From Emiliania huxleyi CCMP1516 (Eukaryota): a stretch of DNA of 64,000 nt. Positions 24,391 through 37,476 of the stretch are shown here, piece by piece. Below the pieces are notes generated by a model, which was given only the letters and a program-made list of their open reading frames with translations, was not told where the DNA came from and ran no database searches. Within the stretch, counting starts at the first letter, position 1. Each line of letters starts with the position of its first letter. The position numbers were made by a program, and so were the translations under genes. The stretch spans positions 280,475 through 344,474 of the forward strand of contig NW_005201493.1 of assembly GCF_000372725.1 (NCBI RefSeq). The letters run 5' to 3'.

Positions 24391-27164
24391 TCACGCGGCC
24401 TCAGAAGCCTCAGTCACGCGGGCCTCAGCCTTGGCGTCGACCTTTGGGTCTGGCGCGGTCTTGCAGTACGACATGACGGACGCCTTGATGCCCCAAATGC
24501 CGGTCCCGATCTCGCCGCTGGTTGGCGAGTACGTCGGGACAGCGCCGCCTGCAGCCGGCAGGCGTGGGTGTGGGGCTGTGGGCGCAAAGGTGGACATTGA
24601 GCGGGGCCGCGGTTCTGGCGAACCAAAGCCAGGGATGTAGGAGATCGCAATCGAGATGGCTGGGGCGACAGAGAGCGCGAAGAAGATGCCCAGACCCGCC
24701 GGCATTCCATAGGCGGTGGGCAGGAAGCCAAGGAGGAGCGCGCTGAGGCCGCAGAACATCGAGTACCTGCAGCCCGTGTGTGGCTAGCATGAGAACGACT
24801 GTCACTTGTTGCGGGGCAGGGCGCAAGAAGGGGCGCGCACGGGATCTGGGTCTTGAAGTGGTCGAAGACGCTGCACTGGCAAGCCGCCGCGGCGAGGCAG
24901 GTGGTGTCCGACACGATGGAGGAGTGGTCGCCCCACACCGAGCCGCCCAGCACGGCGGCGGCGGTGGTATAGAGGATGTTGAGACCTTCGTCAGAGCCGT
25001 CTTCGATGCCCTCGTCGCGGGACAGGTTGATGGCCAGCGGGATCGAGATCGGGAACATGACGGCCATGGTACCCCTGCGAGGCAACGCAGGCGCTGAGGG
25101 TGGAGAGCGCGCGGGCAGTCCCCCGCACACGCGCCAAGCACGCGCCAGGACGTGCCAGTGCCGAGCGAGCAGAGCCAGGCGAGCACAAAAGTGATAGCCG
25201 GAACGATGGCGGGATCCGTGCCCTTGAGGGCGCATCCGAGGTAGTCGGGCATTCCGAGCTCCTCTGAGAGTTTGGCGATGGACTTTGCGAAGATGAGGAT
25301 CCAGACGACTTCGAAGAGGGACCTGCAATGCGCGTGTGCTTTCTGCTCAGCACAGGGCGGACCGGGGAGGGGGGTCTATCGCAGGGTCACGCGCGCACCC
25401 CATCTGATGGCAGCCCGCCTTGATGACCTCAGCCGGCCACATGAGCGGCACCTTGCCAACCTTCTTACCGACCCACGAGTCGTCTCCCTCGGGGACGGGG
25501 ATCCACTGCACAAAGTACAGGAGGGTAACCGCGATGACGCCGAGGCCGCCAACCCACGAGAGGACCGCCCAGCTGTCCGCGTTGCCAATGATGTCGACGA
25601 AGTCCTGTACGCCAGGACGGACAGAGGGGTGAAGAGGGAGGGGGGGAGAAGGGCGGCGGGGGGTGGGGGGGGGGCGGGGTTGAGCACCCCAGACCAGGTG
25701 ACGTTGGGATCGGCGGCCGCGTCTGCTTTGCCTTCCATCGCGTCGAGTTCGTCGCCGCTGTATTCGAGGAAGGGGAGGATAGTGGCCAGGAAGAGTACGG
25801 GCACGATAGCGCCGTTCCACCAGCGGCCCTTGGGGATGCCGGCCTTCGCCTTGACGGGCTCGATCGAGTCCGACGGTCCGGTCGCGACCAGCTTGTTCTC
25901 TTCCCAGCCCTCCTTGCGCGCCTTCAGCTCGGCGAAGTACATTGGTCCCCAGTCGCGGCCCGAGATGGCCATGATGACCACAAAGAAGAGCATGAACCAC
26001 GAGTAGAAGCGGTAAGGCACCTGTGAGCAAGCGAGCGGCAGTCACGGGGAGGACGCGTTTCGCATGACGGGACGCCGCGCGCTCCGAACCGATTTCAGGA
26101 AGACGTCTGTTGCGGTCGCACTCGTGTACGGCGGGGTCGTCAGTGCCAGGGCGTCTCCGATCTGCTGTAGTTCGTCTGTGAGCGGTGGGAGGGCGGCGCT
26201 CGGGTGAGGGAGCTGAGTCTCGTTCTCGGGGGTGCCGAGGGAGCTCTGTCTCGTCTCGGGAGAGCGGCCGGAGCGCACAGGCGATCCACGTCGAGACGAG
26301 CAGAAGGGACGCCACCGGCGCGGCGGTGCAGTCGACCGTGAAGGCAAGCTTCTCCTTGGAGACGCGCATCTTTTGTGCCACCGAGAGCATGCACGCGCCG
26401 ACGACCTGCGTGTTGGCGTCTGCGGGGAGGAGGGGCCAGGGTGAGACGTGCGATGGGCGGTCGGGTCGTGAGCGCGGGGAGGAGGGGCCAGGGTGAGACG
26501 TGCGATGGGCGGTCGGGTCGTGGGGCCCGGGGCGGCCAACGCACAGTCGTCGAAGAAGATCACGAATCCGAAGAGCCAGGTGAAGAACTGGCACATGAAG
26601 GAGTCCTTGATGCCCTTAGACATGAGGTCGGCAAGCGCCTGGACGTGGCAAAGGTGGCGTCGAGAGCGGCGGTGGCGGGCTCGCGGCCGGTGGCGAGGGG
26701 AGGGCGAGCGCCTGGAAGCCCCCGGAGCGGTGTCCCGCGCCCACAATCATCTGCATCAGGAAGACGAAGACGAATATTTGGGAGTACCCATCGATGGCGG
26801 CACTCAGGGCAGTGTCGAAGAAGCCGCGGAAGCCGGCCCACGCGTTGCCCTCCTGTTGTGATTAGAGCGGCGGCGACCGGCGGTGAGAGGGCGTGATCTT
26901 GGGTGATGTGCTAGGCGAGCGGTTAAGTTGGGCATGGTGAGATGTGGGCGGCGCCTTGATGCACCAGCCAATCCAGATGGCCGTTCCCATCGACAGTGGC
27001 GGGTTCCGCGAGAGGACGGAGAAGAGCAGCATCATCAGGATCGGGACGAAACAAGTAAAGCCGTATCCGTAGTCGACGTCAGAGCGGCAGCACGCGCCGG
27101 ACTCGTACTGCTCTGCGATCTCTGTGAGATCGCAGCCGGCAAGGACATCCTCCACGTCGCACAT
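24391..27164 (-). CDS. NhaC-family (Na+/H+ antiporter-like) transporter, multi-exon
   Basis: Family motifs across exons: FGFVIFFDD/ANTQVVG, VSKEKLAFTVDCTAAPVASL..VSTWIA, PYRFYSWF, SLGTGTSW/GTMAVMFPI, AVLGGSVWGDHSSIVSDTT, FDHFKTQIP. Start codon uncertain. Confidence 0.85.
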
Positions 27165-27810
27165 CTCGTCGGCAAAGCTGGAGCTTCTGCAAGCACAGGC
27201 AGGGCCGGCGGTGAGTCGCGGCGCCGGACGTCGCGCGTGCGGCGAGCAAGCTTGCCGAGCGCAGCTGATGTCAGCGGTCTCTCGGCGATGTCAGCGGTCT
27301 CCCGGTCGCTCTCTGGGCTTCTCTCGGCGTGTCATCTCGAGCCCTGCAAGGACGGAGAAGCCGGGGTACAGCGACTCACTCGAAAGCGCTTGCCTTGGAG
27401 CGCGTGTCAATCGGCGACCTTGATGAAGAGCGTGCCATCTCGGCGATCTCACTGAAAAATTTCTTTTCTCCTTTTTTTAAACACACCAACCGTCAGAAGT
27501 CTTCGAACAGCGTGTTTCTCTTTCTGTTCCGTGTTTCTCTTCTCGATTACTCGTCGCCGCGAATGGTTACATACATACATACATAGGTTACTCAGGACAT
27601 GATCGCGGCGTGAACACGCCGATCTGGCCAAACCCCGAGTGCCTACCGCGCTGTGCCGTCCTCCCGTCCCTCCCTTGGTCTGTTTTCTTTCTTTCTTTCA
27701 CGGAGGCCGGGCGGAAGTGACCAAAAAAACAGCAGCGCGACAACCTCTCGGCTGACTTTACGGTGCGCTTTTCGGTCCTCGAGAGGGTTGACCAGCTTCG
27801 CGACGACGAC

Positions 27811-27880
27811 ACAACGACCCCTGGAATTGCGACTCGCCGCTTTCCTCCCGCTGTGATTCTGTGTGAGCTCTGAGTCTTGT
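27811..27880 (-). repeat. Dispersed ~70-bp repeat; inverted copy at 62621-62690
   Basis: acaacgacccctggaattgcgactcgccgctttcctcccgctgtgattctgtgtgagctctg is the reverse complement of the 62.6-kb copy. Confidence 0.9.
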
Positions 27881-28311
27881 CTGCCAACAATACACCTAAA
27901 ACGACAAGAACCACGATGTCCGGCAGCTGCGATACTCGATGATGCGCTGCCGCAGCTCAACGCCGCACTACTGGATGCGCACGATGTACCCGTGTGTGGT
28001 CCGGCCAGTGCTCGAGGAGGTCCGGCGCCCACCACACAGGGATTTTAGGGCGCCTGGTGAGAGAAGCTGCGCGCGTTTTCTTTTTCGCCGGCCAGGCCCG
28101 GCAGTCTGGTGGTCCGCCCTCCGACCGGGGCTCTCGAGCCGCACAGATCTCAGCGGCTGCGCCGGGTCGTCGTCGGCGCGCGGGCCGCCCAAGGACGCCG
28201 CCCAAGCGCGCGTCCGCCTCGACGCCCGTGCGCAAACGAGAGAGCCGTTCGCTGGCGGGCGCCGTGCGACACACCGCCCTCTCTGACGTAGCCGCCGCGT
28301 CTCGACTCGGT

Positions 28312-29773
28312 GATGGCGCCCGCCGCGAGCCCGCCCGCCACGCTGCTCGCCGACATCGCCGCCGCCGACCTCGCCTCGCTGCACGCCCACCTCTCCGGCC
28401 GGCGGACGCGCGGCAGTCTCAACGCGCGGCTCGACACCGAGAAGCAGGACACGCTGCTGACCTGGGCGGCTCGGCACGGGCAGGCCGACGCGGTGCGGCT
28501 GCTGCTCGAAGCTGGCGCGAGCGTCGGGGCGACGACGGGCGGCGGCGGTGGTAGCAGCGGCGGCGCGTCGGCGCTGCTCATCGCGTGCCAGAACGGCCAC
28601 CCCGAGGTCGCCCGGCTGCTCCTCGAGGCTAGCGCAGCGGTCAACCAAGCCCAGACCCAAGGCGCCACGCCGCTGTGCGCCGCGTGCTGGCAGGGCCACC
28701 TCGAGTGCGCCCGGCTGCTCCTCGAGGCCAGCGCGGCAGTCGACCAAGCCCGTGACGAGGGCTTCACGCCGCTGTACATCGCGTGCCAGAAGGGCCACCT
28801 CGAGATCGCCCGGCTGCTCCTCGAGGCTGGCGCGGCGATCAACCAAGCTGCGCGCGACGGCGTCACGCCACTGCTCGTCGCGTGCTGGCAGGGCCACCTC
28901 GAGTGCGCCCAGCTGCTTCTCGAGGCTGGCGCGGCGATCGACCAAGCTGACGCTGAAGGCTACACGCCGCTGTTCGTTGCGTGCCAGCATGGCCACCTTG
29001 AGTGCGTCCGGCTGATGATCGCCGCCGGCGCCGCGGTGAACCAAGCAGATTCTGAAGGCTTCACGCCGCTGTACATCGCGTGCCAGAAGGGGCACCTTGA
29101 GGTCGCCAAGCTGCTTCTCGAGGGAAGCGCGGCGGTCAACCAAGCCGAGGAGGACGGCGCCACGCCGCTGTGCATGGCGTGCGAGAAGGGCCACGTCGAC
29201 ATCGTCCGGCTGCTTCTCGAGGCCGGCGCGGCGATGGACCAAGCCAAGGAGGATGGCGGCACGCCGCTGTCCTTGGTATGCGAGACCGGCCACCTCGAGG
29301 TCGCCAAGCTCCTCTCCTCCTACGGCGCCTCCCGCGCCGCTACGCCCTTCGGCACGCCTGAGGAGGTTGCGAACCGCCGCGGCCACGCCGACCTCGCCGC
29401 CTGGCTGGTCGCCAGCCGCGGCTGGACGCCGCTCGCGCACCTTGAGAGCCTCACCGCCGCCCGCGCTCTCTCCCTGCTGCGCAGCGGCGCAAGCTTGCAC
29501 GAGGGCGAGCCGACGCCGCTGCAGCGCGCCGCGGGCGGCGAGGGCGAGGCGGCGGCGCTGGTTCGGCGGGCGGCGGCGCCGTGGTCGCCGGCAAGCCACT
29601 CGCTCTTCCCCCCGGCGGCGCGCACGCGGGCGGCGCTCCTCGTCGTCTCGCTCTACGAGATGCACGAGCGGCACCATCTCGACTCGGCAGGAAACACGAA
29701 CGGCATCGCGGCACGCGACTTCAGCGCGTGCGTGCTGCGCTTCGCGATCACGCGCGAGACGAGGGGAACGTAG
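28312..29773 (+). CDS. Ankyrin-repeat protein, paralog B (9 repeats plus cap, constant C-terminal tail)
   Basis: Intronless ORF with TPLxxACxxGHLExARLLLEAGAAxxQA repeats and the tail WTPLAHLESL...WSPASHSLFP. Confidence 0.9.
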
Positions 29774-29851
29774 ATACTATCGTTTGTTGCAACGCGAGTC
29801 TTGGGCGCGCGTTCCACGATGGTCGGCAAGATGTCCGCCCACGCTGCTCAA

Positions 29852-30053
29852 GTGATAGAGGGTGCCCATACTAGCGCAGGAGCTGCCACACTCGCCCGGA
29901 CCGGCTCCTTCTGGGGCCGGTTCCGCAGCCCGCGAGAGCCGACAGCGGGGCCGTGCCGCGGGTGCCTACTGCCGAGTGCCACAAACACTGCGCCGTCCGG
30001 CCATCACCTACAGGCTGTCTTGTGTGATGGTTGGGATGTCCAAAGGCCACCAT
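29852..30053 (+). repeat. ~200-bp dispersed repeat (putative TE fragment); inverted copy at ~55155-55355
   Basis: gtgatagagggtgcccatactagcgcagg...gttgggatgtccaaa(g/c)gccacca matches the reverse complement of the 55.2-kb copy with few differences. Confidence 0.9.
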
Positions 30054-30398
30054 TGATGCCACACGTCGTCATCTGCAGTTGCGTTGGCACTCAGCCATCC
30101 TCTCGGGTGTTGGCGCAGCGAGGCCGAGTTTACAGCATCTCGCCCTCTCTCGCTGAGGGCCCGCGTTGCACCCCCTTTTACCACGAGGGACTCCATGGAG
30201 ATTCCACAGTAAACGACAAATCTACACAACCTCAAATAGCACACCTCCAGCGTACACGCAGACGAGCCAGCCCCCAAGCGCCGAATCGCAAGCAACCACG
30301 GTGTTCTAAGCCCTCTCTATTGAGTGCACGGCCACGTAACTAACAATATGCGGCCGTGCGGCCGCCGCGAGCTCGACGTAACACTTCCCTTCAGAAGC

Positions 30399-33300
30399 TC
30401 AGAAGGAGCCTCTCACTGCCATCACATCGCCAGCCTCGTTGCTGCTGGCCATCCGTGCGTACTTGTCGCCGCACGCCATGCGGATGCGCTCGCTAGTCGC
30501 CGGCGCGAAGAGCGTGAGGGGTGCCGTGGAGGGGCCTGCCACGTGGTCTGCGCGCGCGGCGGCGACCTACAGGGAAGTTCCGAGAAGGTTCAGGGAAGGT
30601 TCTGGGGAGGCTCATCCTTTGCTCGAGCAGGCGGCGGCGGCCGCGTTGCGGATCGCGAGGAAGGTGACCGCGCCGAGGAAGAAGGGGGGCTCGCCCACCG
30701 CCTTGGACGAGTGGACGGCGACCTTGTTGTCGACGCCCGACATGAGGCGCACGTGCAGCTCGCGCGGCGTATCGTTGAAGCTCGGCAGCTTGTACGTGCC
30801 GGGCCCGCGCGAGTGGAGCCCGCCTATGATGTATGGGTTGATGGTTAAACAAGAATGTCTTGCACGTGCCGGGCCCGCGAAGGTGGAGCCCGCCGCGAGG
30901 CTGCACCCACCCGTGCGTGTCGTCGCCCCAGAGGAGCTCCTCGGTGGTCGTCCAGCCCATGCCCTGGGTGAAGCCGCCCTCGACCTGCCCGATGTCGAGC
31001 GCGGGGTTGATGGACGAGCCGACGTCGACGAGCAGGTCGGCGCGCCGCACCTCGTGGTCGCCGGTGAGCACGTCGATCTCAACCTCGACGCAGCCGACGC
31101 CCTGCGTGAAGTAGTTGTGGCAGAGGCCCCGCGCCGCCTGGTCGGGCGTGCCGTCCGGCTTGACGCCGGGCGGCGCCCGAAAGTCGAAGCCGCACCGGCG
31201 CTCGTCCAGCGCGAAGTAGCCGTGTGCGCTCAGGTCGATGCGCGAGAAGTACGCGGCGGTGGCGAGCTCGGCGAGGCTGGCCTTGGCGCCAACCGCCTCG
31301 CGGAGCGGCTTGAGGCGCCGCAGGATCTGCCGGCACGCGTCGAGGGTCGCCATGCCGTACAGGTCCGTCGAGAGCGAGCCGGCGCTGGTGATGGAGTTCG
31401 CCACCTTGTCCGTCGCCGTGTCGGCGACGTGGCACGCCGAGAGCGGTATTCCGAAGGCGCGCGCCGCCACCTGGCACACCTTTGTGTGCAGGCCCTGCCC
31501 CATCTCGCAGCCGCCGTGCGAGATGAGCACCGTGCCGTCTGTGTAGACGTGCACGAGCGCGCCGCCTATGCATAGTACAGCATGATACGACATCTCGCAA
31601 ACACAAACTTCAAGCGCACGAGCGCGCCGCCCTGGTTCATGAAGCGCGCGTAGAAGTTGATGCCATACTTCGTCGGCACGAACGCGAGGCCTCGCTTCCT
31701 CCACCGATTCTGCGCGTTGAAGCCCGCCACCGCAGCCGCGCGAGCGTCGACGTCCGCGTCCTTACGGAGCGTCGCCATCGCGCGCGGCACCCGCCACTCG
31801 TCCTCTGCGAGCGTCTGGCCGAACGGCATCTCGTCGCCCGCCGCGTACAAGTTAGCAGCGCGCAGGCGGTCTGCGCTGACGCCCATCGCGCTCGCGAGGT
31901 GCTCGAGGATGTGCTCGCAAACCAGCATAGCCTGTGGCGAACGCGTCACACTTCTATCAGACGGGGGCTGAGTCAGCTTCCGGGCGCGACGGATGTGTCC
32001 GTGAAGGCGGCTGCACGGGCAGTCGTGCAGCAGCGGAAGAAGGTCCTCGCCCTGGGACAAGCGAGCCTGTGGCGAGCCGAAGCCGCGGAATGCCGTGTTG
32101 GACGGCATGTGTGTCCGGCACACCACGCCCCTCGCGCGATAGCTGGGCCAGAGGTAGCAGTTGTCGAGGTGCGTGAGAGAGCGGTCCATCACCGCCGAGG
32201 AGACGTCTAGCGACGCGCCGCCATTGCTGTAGAACTAGAGGGTTGTTGGGCGGGGGTTGCAAGGGGGGAAGGAGTGGTGAGAGGAGAGGGAGTGGAGATG
32301 GGGAGGGGGTGGTGAGGAGGAGGAGTTGGAGAGGGGCGAGGGAAGGGGGCGTGCGCAGCGGGCGCAGTAGCACACCTGCACGTCGAGCGCGGCAAGCTTC
32401 GGCTCCCCCGTCTCCGGGTCGACGCGTGCTGCCGCCTTGTACGTGGCCAGGTACGGGTGGCGGCCGCCGCTGGCGAGCATGTCGAGGTCGCGGCGCAGCG
32501 AGAGGCGGACGGGCCGCCTGCTCCGAGATGTGGCCGAGATGATGGCCGAGAATAGCCGAGGTTTGGCATGGGGCGGGCGGGCCGCCTCATCAGGTGGGCG
32601 GCCAACGCGCACGCGCAGTGCGCAAAGGCGACCCGCGTCTCCTTGCCGCCAAAGCCGCCGCCCAGCCGCTTCACCTTGGCGACGACCTTGTTGAGCGGCA
32701 GACCACACGCCTTGGCGACGCTCTTCTGCAGGTTCTCGAGCGCCTGCGCCGAAGCCAGAACGCGCAACCTTTCGTGGAATCTCGGGGTGATCTCGGGTGA
32801 TCTCGGGTGATCTCGCGTGATCTCGCGTGATCTTGGGTGGTCTCGGGAGATCTCAGGAGATCTCGCGCGCCTGCGTCGAGGCCAGGATGTGCAGCCCTCC
32901 CTCCTCCGTCGGGGTGCACAAGGAGCAGTGCCCCTCGAGGTAGAAATGCTCCTGACACAGTAAACTAATGACTTGCCTTAGATCAGTCAATACTGCCCCT
33001 CGAGGTAGAGGTGCTCCTGCCCGCCAATCTTGAAGTCGCCCTCCACGACCGTCAGCCCTCCCGCGAGCAGCGCTTGGCCGACGGGCACGCCGTGCTCGAG
33101 CTCGTGCCGCGAGTCGAAGAAGCCCTCCTACGGCCGAGAGGCAGCCGAGGTGGCACCTGCGCGCATCGCGCGGCCGAGACGAGGGGGGGGCCCTCCTCGT
33201 CAAAGAAGGGCCCTCCTCGTCAAAGAAGGAGGAGTGTCTAGGAAGTGTCTAGGGAGTGTCTAGCCGCCCTCCTCGTCAAAGAAGGAGTTCGCGGCGATCG

Positions 33301-36300
33301 CGTCCTCGATCGTGTAGCACGGAGTCACCCCGGCAGCAGGCGGGCCATACGCCACGCGGACGAGGTCGCTGGCGAGGCGCGCCTTATGTGCGCCAATTAC
33401 CCATCACCATCAAGAACAATCAACATGATTACTGATAGGCCGCTGGCGAGGCGCGCCTCCTCGCAAGAGCGCGCGACGACGACCGCGATCACCTGGCCGA
33501 CGTGGTCTGTCGAGCCCTCCGCGAACAGGAGCTCGTCCTGCTTGATCGGCCCCATCGCGTTGCTGCCCGCCGCAGGCACGTCGGCCGCCGTCAGAATCCG
33601 GACGACACCGGCCGATGCGGCGGCCTACTGACGACGAAAGTGCTGAACCCTCGTACTGTTTGAGTAATGAATATGTAACAGGCGGGCGGCCTCGGCCGTG
33701 TCGACGGACTCGATCGTCGCGGGCGCCTGCTGCGCGGTCACGAGAGCCGCGTGCAGCCCCCCCGGCGGCAGCGGCGCGTCGTCGGTGTACTCGGCCGAGC
33801 CGCTGGTGTGCCTCGCGCCCGCCAGGTGCGGAAGCGACTGCCCAACCACCCGGACGCCGCCCGCCTATTGCATACTCATCAATCACTCCTCGCGTTCATT
33901 AGGTGATACTCGTAGCAACCACCCGGACGCCGCCCGCCTTGGCCGCCTCCGTCTCGACCGGCGCGGTGATGCACGACGTCGCGACGTCCGGCGAGGCCAC
34001 GTCCGCCTCGAGCCCGGGGTAGCTGGCGTGCGGGTACCTATTATGTATTTAGTCACGAGCTGCCGGCTTCTCATTCCTCAATAGCCAAAGGTAGCTGGCG
34101 TGAGGTGTACCGCTGCGAGCCGCTCACCGACGGCTTTGGCTCGAGCAGCCAGGAGCGAGCTGCCGACCTCTCCGCCGCGTCGACCACCGGCGGCGCCGGA
34201 GCATCGCCTGCAGAGCGGTACTCCGGGGCGCCAAGCGCGATGGAGGTGGCGACGAAAGTCTTGAAGACGGCCGATGCGGCGAGCGCGGTCCGGTACTCTG
34301 GCTGCCCGCCCGGCGCAGACGCGCCGACGCGCAGCTCGTCGACGACAGCCGCGCACGCCTCCTCGACGCTCTGCGCATCCCACGGCCGGCCAACCAGCGC
34401 CGCCGCCGCCTTGCGCGCCACCACCACGGTCGGCGCGAGGCCGCCGAACGCGAAGCACGTGTCCACCACCATGTACACGCCGCCGGCCGGCTGCAGGCGG
34501 ACGCGCAGCCCGGCGGTCACGATGGAGATGTCGTCCTCGCGGCGCCGCGCCTGCTGGCAGGGCCGCGGATGAACTGGAGCCCCTCCACGGCCAATCAGCG
34601 AATTGGTTGAGCATGCGCCTGCTTGAAGGGCCGGATGAACTCGAGCCCCTCGGCGCGCGGCACGTGCACCGAGAGCAGCATCTCGTCCTCGCGCAAGTCG
34701 ACCTAATCAGTGGGTGAACTCATCAAGGAGTGAGATGTGTGAAGCGTCCGCCTCGCCCAAGTCGACCTTCCGGTAGCCGAGGAGGAAGGCCGAGAGCGGC
34801 ACGGCGCGCTTGCCGCGGGCGGAGGAGACGAGGGTGACGGAGGCGCCGCAAGCCACTAGCAGCGGGACCATGTCCGAGATGGGAGACGCGGTGACGAGGT
34901 TGCCTAATCGATAGCGACAACAATTTCACAACAGTGCTACGTTCAATTAGTCAGAGACGGGCGACGCGGCGACGAGGGTGCCGCCGAGGCACGCGACGTT
35001 GCGGATCTGCGTCGATGCGAACCAGCGGAGCATGCAGGCGATGGCGCGTGCCGCCTCGCCCGCGCAGCCGGGCAGCGCCTCGCCGCGGCGGGCGCAGAGA
35101 GCCTGCGGGACGTGTCGTGGACGTGTCGTGGACGTGTCGTGGACGTGTCGTGGACGTGTCGTGGACGTGTCACTGTGCGACGCCGAGCGGCGCGGACAGG
35201 TCTTGCGTGGGGCAGCAAGCCTCGACGGCGGTCAGGCTCGCGCACGCCCCGAGTGTGAGAGCGCCCTCCGCCTAGCCGCGAGACGGCCGAGGTTCGGCCG
35301 AGGTTCGGCCGAGGTTCGGCCGAGATATCGCCGAGATGAGATGTAGCCCGAGATACAGCGCCCTCCGCCTCGGCGACAGCGTACAGCTCGGCGACCAGGC
35401 GCGGCGAGAGGAGGGTCGCGCACTGCCGGCTCTTGTACCGCGCCTCGATGCCCAGCTCCGTGTTGCCGGCGACGACCCTGCTCTGCGGGTGTGCCGCCTT
35501 GAGCGCGAGCAGCTCGTCCAAAGAGGCCGGCCGCCACCAGGTGGCGCGCGGGGAGGCGATCCAGAGCGGCGACGGCGCGGCCGACAGCTCACTCGGCATC
35601 GCCTGAGCATTCACATTCAGACTTACTGACTAAGTCGTGGGGCGCGATCAGGAGCGCAGTAGGCATCACCGGCTCGCTTGCTGCCGCGCGCGAGTCGCAG
35701 TACCGCTCGGAGGAGTAGACGGCCAGCTTGTCGGCGGTGGCCGTCACCACGTCCCCGTCCACCAGAAGGCGGCCGCTGGGGTCGGCAGGATGTTCGCAGC
35801 CATTGCCATTGGCGCAGCCGTTGCCTCCGCCGCAGCCGTTGCCGCCGCCGCCGCCGCTGCCGTCGCCGCTGCCACTGGCGCAGCAAGGCCCGCCGCCACC
35901 GCACGGCGCGTCGGCGCAAAGGGACTTGGCGGCGTCGAGGATCGGACGATACCCAGTGCAGCGGCAGAGGTTGCCATCAAGGTGATCCGCAACTTCTTCC
36001 ATGGCGAGTTTCGGCGACGCTCGCAACGCAGAGTAGAGAGACATGACAATCCCCGGCGTGCAAAAGCCGCACTGGCTGCCGTGCATCTTGGCCAGGCGCT
36101 CCTGCACCGGGTGCAGATCTCCGTCCTCCGAGCCGCCGATCCCCTCGACGGTCGTGATTGCCGTCCAGTCTGCTGAGCAGAGAGGCATCAGGCACGCGTT
36201 GACCGACTCGTGCTTCAGGTGGCCCGTGGCCGGATCGCACGCGGACACCATCACCGTGCATGCGCCGCAGCCACCCTCGCCGCAGCCCATCTTGGTGCCT

Positions 36301-36452
36301 GACAACCCGACGGAGCGGAGATACTCGAGCAACGTCATGGTCGGGTCGGCGTCTGGGACCTCGTGCCGTGCGCCATTGACATAGAAGATGAGCGACGTGC
36401 GGTAGTTCGTCCCGAACGGGACTTTGTCCTCGTAAGCGAGCGAATGCGGCAT
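30399..36452 (-). CDS. XDH: Xanthine dehydrogenase (2x[2Fe-2S], FAD and Moco domains), many short introns
   Basis: GTKMGCGEGGCGACTV, SQCGFCTPG, GNLCRCTGYRPI, VAGNTELG, WFASTQIRNVA, FKQ/ARRREDDI, QEHFYLEG, KRLGGGFGGKETR, SNTAFRGFGSPQ, HGGCEMGQGLHTK, DIGQVEGGFTQGMG, SSKAVGEPPFFL, PATSERIRMAC. Confidence 0.95.
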
Positions 36453-36864
36453 GCTCAGCAGACTTCCGCGATGGTGCGTGAATGCGACGGCGCGTGAGCT
36501 TGGCTCAGCTTGCAGCGATGGCCTGCTCGATGGCCTGCTCGCTCGCGTGTACCCGGGTACCCCCCAGATCGAAGAAGGAGAAATCCAAACGGGCTGTTTT
36601 GCATCTCGCAAAACAGGCTACGCGTCCCCTTCATAGCGCATGACGGCTCAGACAGATGCCTAAGCAGGCTGCAGGGTTCGCAAGGGAAGAAGCATCATCA
36701 TGCTGGGACACATGCTCAGGAAACACTCGGTGCTGGTGCTCCCTGCCATGGGCATGGCTTATAGTAAGATACAGCTGACCCGAAAAAGGGTTGACTAGAG
36801 CTCTACATGCACATCCGCGCACCGACGCGCAGCTGCAGGCAGCACTGCCCAGCACCTAATCTAA

Positions 36865-37476
36865 CTAATCGTCTTTCACGCCAAAGTATGCGAGCGACTC
36901 CTTGCCAAAGAGCAGCGACGGGAGGAGTGCGAGGTGCCCGAGAAAGATGAAGCTCGGAACGAGGATGAAGGTGGATTTCGTGAGGCCCAGCCATGGGACG
37001 GCCGCGTAGGGGACTGAGGAGGAGAGCCATGCCGCCTCGAGGTGATCCGTGCCGCTCAGGACCCACCACGCGCAGAACAGACCCCAAGTCTTGGGCGTGG
37101 GCTTAGTCTTGACGAGGTTCACGACCGGGAGGCAAGTGGCGCCCACGAAGATGTCGATCGCGAAGCCAAGCAGTCAGTCCGCCGGAGGGACCGTGAGTAT
37201 CAGCGGCTTCCCCACGATGTACGCTCCAATGGCCAAGCTGCCAAGAACCGCACGAATGCTCTGCGCGGCGGCAAAGTTGATTATGACCTTCATCACGCCC
37301 TCTGGATCCGAGGCACCGCCTCCGCGAAGGCGAAGGTTGGGTGCGTGCACCGGCTCGGCCGTCGGCTTCTCGACGATCGGCTTCGGCCCGTGTAGGTAAG
37401 TGTACAGTGCGCCCGCGGCGGCGGCTCCAGCGACAAAGGCTCCAGCGACGGCAAGCGACTTGGTGAGAACCTCCAT
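36865..37476 (-). CDS. Small membrane protein with an LRLRGG motif and an in-frame TGA (pseudogene or recoding)
   Basis: ORFs 37174-37476 and 36865-37146 are in the same frame, separated by one TGA (...VPPAD*LLGFAIDIFVGAT...). Several hydrophobic helices. Confidence 0.55.
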
